DNA from: Alphaproteobacteria bacterium MarineAlpha10_Bin2
GTDB taxonomy: Bacteria > Pseudomonadota > Alphaproteobacteria > UBA828
Direction: 5' to 3'
Assembly: GCA_002937555.1 (NCBI GenBank)
Contig: PTKB01000001.1
Span: forward strand, 1-40,846
DNA length: 40,846 nucleotides
Position numbers and translations under genes: made by a program. Below, in pieces: positions 37,445 through 40,846 of this stretch. The notes below the pieces were generated by a model. That model had not been told where the DNA came from, ran no database searches, and worked only from the letters and a program-made list of their open reading frames with translations. Numbering within the stretch: position 1 is the first letter of the stretch; the number at the start of each line of letters is the position of its first letter.

Positions 37445-38161
37445 ATGGATATCATCTTGCTCGAGCGCATCGAGAGTCTTGGCGGCCTGGGCGAAATCGT
37501 CCGCGTCAAGGATGGCTACGCGCGAAATTTTCTCCTGCCGCAAAGAAAAGCGCTGCGCGCCACAGAAGAGAACAAGGAACGTTTCGAGCACGAGCGCGAT
37601 GCGCTGGAAAAGATTAACGATGAGCGCCGCGACACCGCACTTTCCAGCGCCGACCAGATCGAAGGCAAGGATTTTGTCCTCATCCGCCAGGCCAGTGACA
37701 CATTGCAGCTTTATGGCTCCGTCACCGCGCGCGATATCGCCGACGCGATCATCGCCTCCGGCGTCGACATCAAGCGCCAGCAGGTGCGTCTCGACCGGCC
37801 CATCAAGACGCTCGGCATTTTTGAAGTGCGCGTGGCGATTCATCCGGAGGTAATCGTCACCGTCAAAGCCAATGTGGCGCGCTCCGAGGAAGAGGCCGAC
37901 ACCCAAGCCAAAGGCGGCTCCATCCTGCCGGCGCATGAGCAGGAGGCTCTGGACGAGCAGGCCGCGGTGGAGGCCGCGCGTGAGACAGCCGCCAAGGCGG
38001 CGGAGGCTGTGTTCGAAGAGCCGGATAAGGAGTTGCAGGCGATGGTCGAATCCGAAGAGCCTTCGGAGGCTGAAAGCAACGCGCAGCCCCAACCGGATGG
38101 GCCCAGCGAAAGTGACGCAGGCGACGCAACCGCCGAAAAGGCGGAATCCACAGACGGCTGA
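37445..38161 (+). CDS. rplI: 50S ribosomal protein L9 with acidic C-terminal extension
   Basis: MDIILLERIESLGGLGEIVRVKDGYARNFLLPQRKALRAT... followed by a roughly 90-aa E/A/D-rich tail. Confidence 0.95.
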   Translation: MDIILLERIESLGGLGEIVRVKDGYARNFLLPQRKALRATEENKERFEHERDALEKINDERRDTALSSADQIEGKDFVLIRQASDTLQLYGSVTARDIADAIIASGVDIKRQQVRLDRPIKTLGIFEVRVAIHPEVIVTVKANVARSEEEADTQAKGGSILPAHEQEALDEQAAVEAARETAAKAAEAVFEEPDKELQAMVESEEPSEAESNAQPQPDGPSESDAGDATAEKAESTDG

Positions 38162-38183
38162 CCCCTGAGCTGGAAGCAACGCC

Positions 38184-39398
38184 ATGATCTGCGGGGTTCT
38201 TTTTAAGGCATTGATGAGTTGGGGCACGCTTCGCGTCTACGATGCGCGTGGCAAATTGCATGAATTTGCCGGCGCGCCGGGACCCCAAGTCACGTTCCGA
38301 TTGCACGACAGGTCGCTCCACTACAAGATCTTCTGGAATCCCCGCCTCGCCATCGGCGAAGCCTATATGGACGGCACCCTGACGATCGAAGATGGCGACC
38401 AGATCATCGATCTGATCGATTTGATGGGCACCAATCTCACCAAGCTGGAATCAACTAAGGTGGTTAAGTTGCGCAATTGGCTGACTCCGTTGGTGCGGCC
38501 GATTCAACAGTACAATCCGGTCGGCAGGGCGCGCAAAAATGTGGCCCATCATTACGACCTCTCGGACGAATTGTTCGACCTTTTCCTCGATAGCGACCGG
38601 CAATATTCCTGCGGCTATTTCGAGACCCCGAACGACAGTCTGGAGCAGGCGCAATTGGCGAAAAAACATCATCTGGCGTCGAAGCTGTTGCTCGACCGCC
38701 CGGGCCTCAAGATGCTCGATATCGGATGCGGTTGGGGCGGGCTCGGCATTTATATGCATCAGCAGGCGGGCGCCGAGGTGACCGGCCTCACGCTCTCCAC
38801 CGAACAGCGCATCTATGCCACCGAACAGGCGGAAAAACTCGGCATCTCGGATCATGTGCGCTTCGAACTGCGCGACTATCGCCTGGAGACCGGCAGCTAT
38901 GACCGCATCGTTTCGGTCGGCATGTTCGAGCATGTCGGCTTCAAATATTACAGCCAGTTCTTCAACAAACTGAAAAACCTGCTGACCGAAGACGGCGTGG
39001 CGGTGTTGCATACCATTGCCCGCTGGGACGGCCCGAGCGTCACCAATCCGTGGCTGCGCAAATATATTTTTCCCGGCGGCTACACCCCATCTCTGTCGGA
39101 AATATTCGCGGCCATCGAACCGACCGGCCTGAAAGTGCTCGACATGGAAATTCTCCGCCTCCATTACGCCGAGACGCTCAAACGCTGGTCGCGAAATTTC
39201 CGCGCCAACCGCGACAAGGTGAAGGCGATATACGATGAGCGATTCTGCCGCATGTGGGAGTTCTATCTCGCCGGAGCGGAAACCGCGTTTCGCCGCCAAG
39301 ACCATATGATCGCGCAACTGCAGATCGCCCGCGAGCAGGACGCCGCGCCGCTCACGCGCGACTATTTGGTCGATTGGAAACGCGCCCACCCGCTTTGA
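38184..39398 (+). CDS. cfa: Cyclopropane-fatty-acyl-phospholipid synthase family methyltransferase
   Basis: HYDLSDELFDLFLDSDRQYSCGYF, MLDIGCGWGGLGIYM, SVGMFEHVG, and ...WEFYLAGAETAFR at the C-terminus. Confidence 0.85.
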   Translation: MICGVLFKALMSWGTLRVYDARGKLHEFAGAPGPQVTFRLHDRSLHYKIFWNPRLAIGEAYMDGTLTIEDGDQIIDLIDLMGTNLTKLESTKVVKLRNWLTPLVRPIQQYNPVGRARKNVAHHYDLSDELFDLFLDSDRQYSCGYFETPNDSLEQAQLAKKHHLASKLLLDRPGLKMLDIGCGWGGLGIYMHQQAGAEVTGLTLSTEQRIYATEQAEKLGISDHVRFELRDYRLETGSYDRIVSVGMFEHVGFKYYSQFFNKLKNLLTEDGVAVLHTIARWDGPSVTNPWLRKYIFPGGYTPSLSEIFAAIEPTGLKVLDMEILRLHYAETLKRWSRNFRANRDKVKAIYDERFCRMWEFYLAGAETAFRRQDHMIAQLQIAREQDAAPLTRDYLVDWKRAHPL

Positions 39399-39510
39399 GC
39401 GCCGCGCCGACCAGAGTTATCCCCGCTATTCAAGCAAAATACCCCCATGATTTTGCGGCTTGGCACGCGCGGCTGTATCAAAACTACGGCGCTTTGATGT
39501 ATAAGGATTC

Positions 39511-40461
39511 ATGGCGACGGGCAGCGTAATCAACAGCATTCAGGAAGACGACGGACAGCTTCCCAGCTATCGCACCCTGCCGCATAACCTCGAAGCCGAG
39601 CAAGCGCTCCTCGGCGCCATTCTGATCAATAACGAGGCGCTCAACCAGGTCGCGGCCTTCCTTGAGCCGGCACAATTTTATTTGCCGGTGCATGGCCGCA
39701 TCTTCGAGGCCGTTCTCAAGATGATCGAACGCGGGCAGATCGCCAGCCCAGTCACTCTCAAGCATTATTTCGACAATGACGATTCGCTTTCCGATGTGGG
39801 CGGCGCGCAATATCTCGCCCGCCTGGCCGGCTCCGCCGTGACGATCATCAATGCCGAGCATTATGGCCGCGCCATTTATGACCTGGCGATGCGGCGCGAG
39901 TTGATCGGAATCGGCGAAGATATGGTGAACGAGGCGTATGACGCCTCGCTCGATGAAAGCGCCACCGCGCAGATCGAGAATTCCGAACAGAAATTGTTCA
40001 GTTTGGCCGAGGATGGCGGCGCCGAAGGCGGCTTCCGGCCCTTTGACGGGCCGCTTCGCATCGCCCTCGACATGATCACTCAGGCATGCAAGCGCGACGG
40101 CCATCTCAGTGGCACCACCACCGGCTTTTTCGATATGGACAAGCTCTTGGGCGGCCTGCATGCGTCCGATTTGATCATTCTCGCCGGCCGTCCGGGTATG
40201 GGGAAGACCGCGCTCGCGACCAACATCGCCTTCAATGCAGCGCGTGCGTTCAAGCAGGAAAAGGACGCGCAGGGAAATATCCTTGCCGAGCACGGCGCCA
40301 AAGTCGGATTCTTTTCTCTGGAAATGTCATCTGAGCAGTTGGCGACGCGGATTTTGGCCGAGCGCGCTGAAATTTCCTCGGAAAAACTGCGCCGCGGCGA
40401 ATTAAGCGACAGCGAATTCAGCAAAGTGGTGCGCGCCAGCCAGGAAATCGAGAGCCTGCCC
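39511..40461 (+). pseudogene. dnaB: Replicative DNA helicase DnaB, 3'-truncated (about 316 of an expected roughly 500 aa)
   Basis: PHNLEAEQALLGAILINNEAL... N-domain, Walker A GRPGMGKTALATNIA, and FSLEMSSEQLATRIL. After ...VVRASQEIESLP, the sequence I recall usually following here (LYIDDT... type) and the Walker B region are missing. The context rpsF-rpsR-rplI-(x)-dnaB is chromosomal. Confidence 0.85.
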
Positions 40462-40659
40462 AAAACAGATCGCCGCCGTGTCCTCACCCGGGTCATAGCC
40501 CTTGCTGATCAGCCCCGCCCTCCCGGATGCGTGAAACTCTCCGCCGATGAGAAGTACCGGATTCGTCAGGGGCGCTACCGCATCCTCTACAGCATCGAAG
40601 ACCGCGACCTCCTTGTGCAGGTGGTCAAGGTCGCCCATCGCCGCGAGGCTTACCGCTAA
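40456..40659 (+). pseudogene. RelE/ParE-family toxin, C-terminal fragment fused in frame to the truncated dnaB
   Basis: LPKTDRRRVLTRVIALADQPRPPGCVKLSADEKYRIRQGRYRILYSIEDRDLLVQVVKVAHRREAYR matches the ParE/RelE consensus as I recall it (..LP..dr.ri...i..L.enPrp.g.kkL.g...yRir.GdyRiiY.i.d..l.vl.v.hRreaY). The first roughly 20-25 aa and any upstream antitoxin gene are absent. Confidence 0.7.
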
Positions 40660-40682
40660 AGGACTGCGCAGTCACCTGCCGT

Positions 40683-40846
40683 TCACTCCGCCGATGGAAA
40701 CGCCGAGGTGAACAGGTACAACTCCTTCACCTCGTCCGCACTCAGGGCGCGGTTGTAGAGGTGGATTTCGCAGATAATTCCGAAGTCGTCTTTTGGGATA
40801 TCGGCTTTTTGCCCTAGACTCGACCTGCCCTTTTCGCATTTGCCAG
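40683..40846 (-). CDS. C-terminal end of a LamG/concanavalin-A-like domain protein (5' part lies beyond the window end)
   Basis: My reverse-strand translation is ...GKCEKGRSSLGQKADIPKDDFGIICEIHLYNRALSADEVKELYLFTSAFPSAE*, with the stop at 40683-40685. The (I/V)x(I/L)YNRALSxxE(V/I)xxLY ending is the hallmark of LamG-type domains. Confidence 0.55.
   Translation of the reverse strand, partial: GKCEKGRSSLGQKADIPKDDFGIICEIHLYNRALSADEVKELYLFTSAFPSAE

Noticed and set aside
40441-40480. An intein insertion in dnaB (DnaB is a classic intein host)
   Set aside because: The sequence after the break has no intein N-terminal block (no Cys/Ser plus the A-block motif) and no downstream DnaB extein. It is clearly ParE/RelE-like and ends in a stop codon.
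1-40846. Window-wide search for tRNA/rRNA genes, CRISPR arrays, transposases and integrases
   Set aside because: I saw no tRNA T-arm-like GGTTCGAATCC-type sequence outside coding context. There are no spaced identical repeats, and no ORF has transposase, integrase or Cas signatures.

Overview
High-GC (roughly 60-65%) chromosomal segment with alphaproteobacterial gene content and order: topA-rnr, rpmG, pleD, an EipB/DUF1849 gene, clpS-clpA, ndk, holC-pepA divergent from lptF-lptG-lptD-surA-rsmA, gmk-yicC-mltG-fabF-acpP-fabG-fabD divergent from rpsF-rpsR-rplI, then cfa and dnaB. Almost all of it is densely packed housekeeping DNA. I found no rRNA, tRNA, CRISPR array, transposase, integrase or recognisable multi-gene defence or mobile system. 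Two places break the pattern. (1) At 9471-9872 a small GGDEF diguanylate-cyclase gene is split by an in-frame 378-nt insert. The insert is about 40% G+C, is bounded by diverged direct repeats, and contains a third copy of the repeat core, a 3 x 12-nt tandem repeat and a TATAAT box facing the downstream GGDEF domain. (2) At about 40456-40464 the essential helicase gene dnaB stops before its Walker B region and is fused in frame to the C-terminal two thirds of a RelE/ParE-type toxin. A convergent LamG-domain gene fragment follows and runs off the window end. This is either the edge of accessory DNA or a rearrangement, or an assembly chimera. The other findings are low to moderate interest: a DUF442/PTP-like protein lacking the catalytic Cys, a tight ridA-TPP enzyme-DUF482-phosphatase-like cluster, pleD without divK, no pdxA between surA and rsmA, a methyltransferase inserted in the pepA/lptF locus, and low-complexity tails on ribosomal and nucleic-acid proteins. 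All calls come from reading the ORF translations and the sequence by eye. No database search was run.
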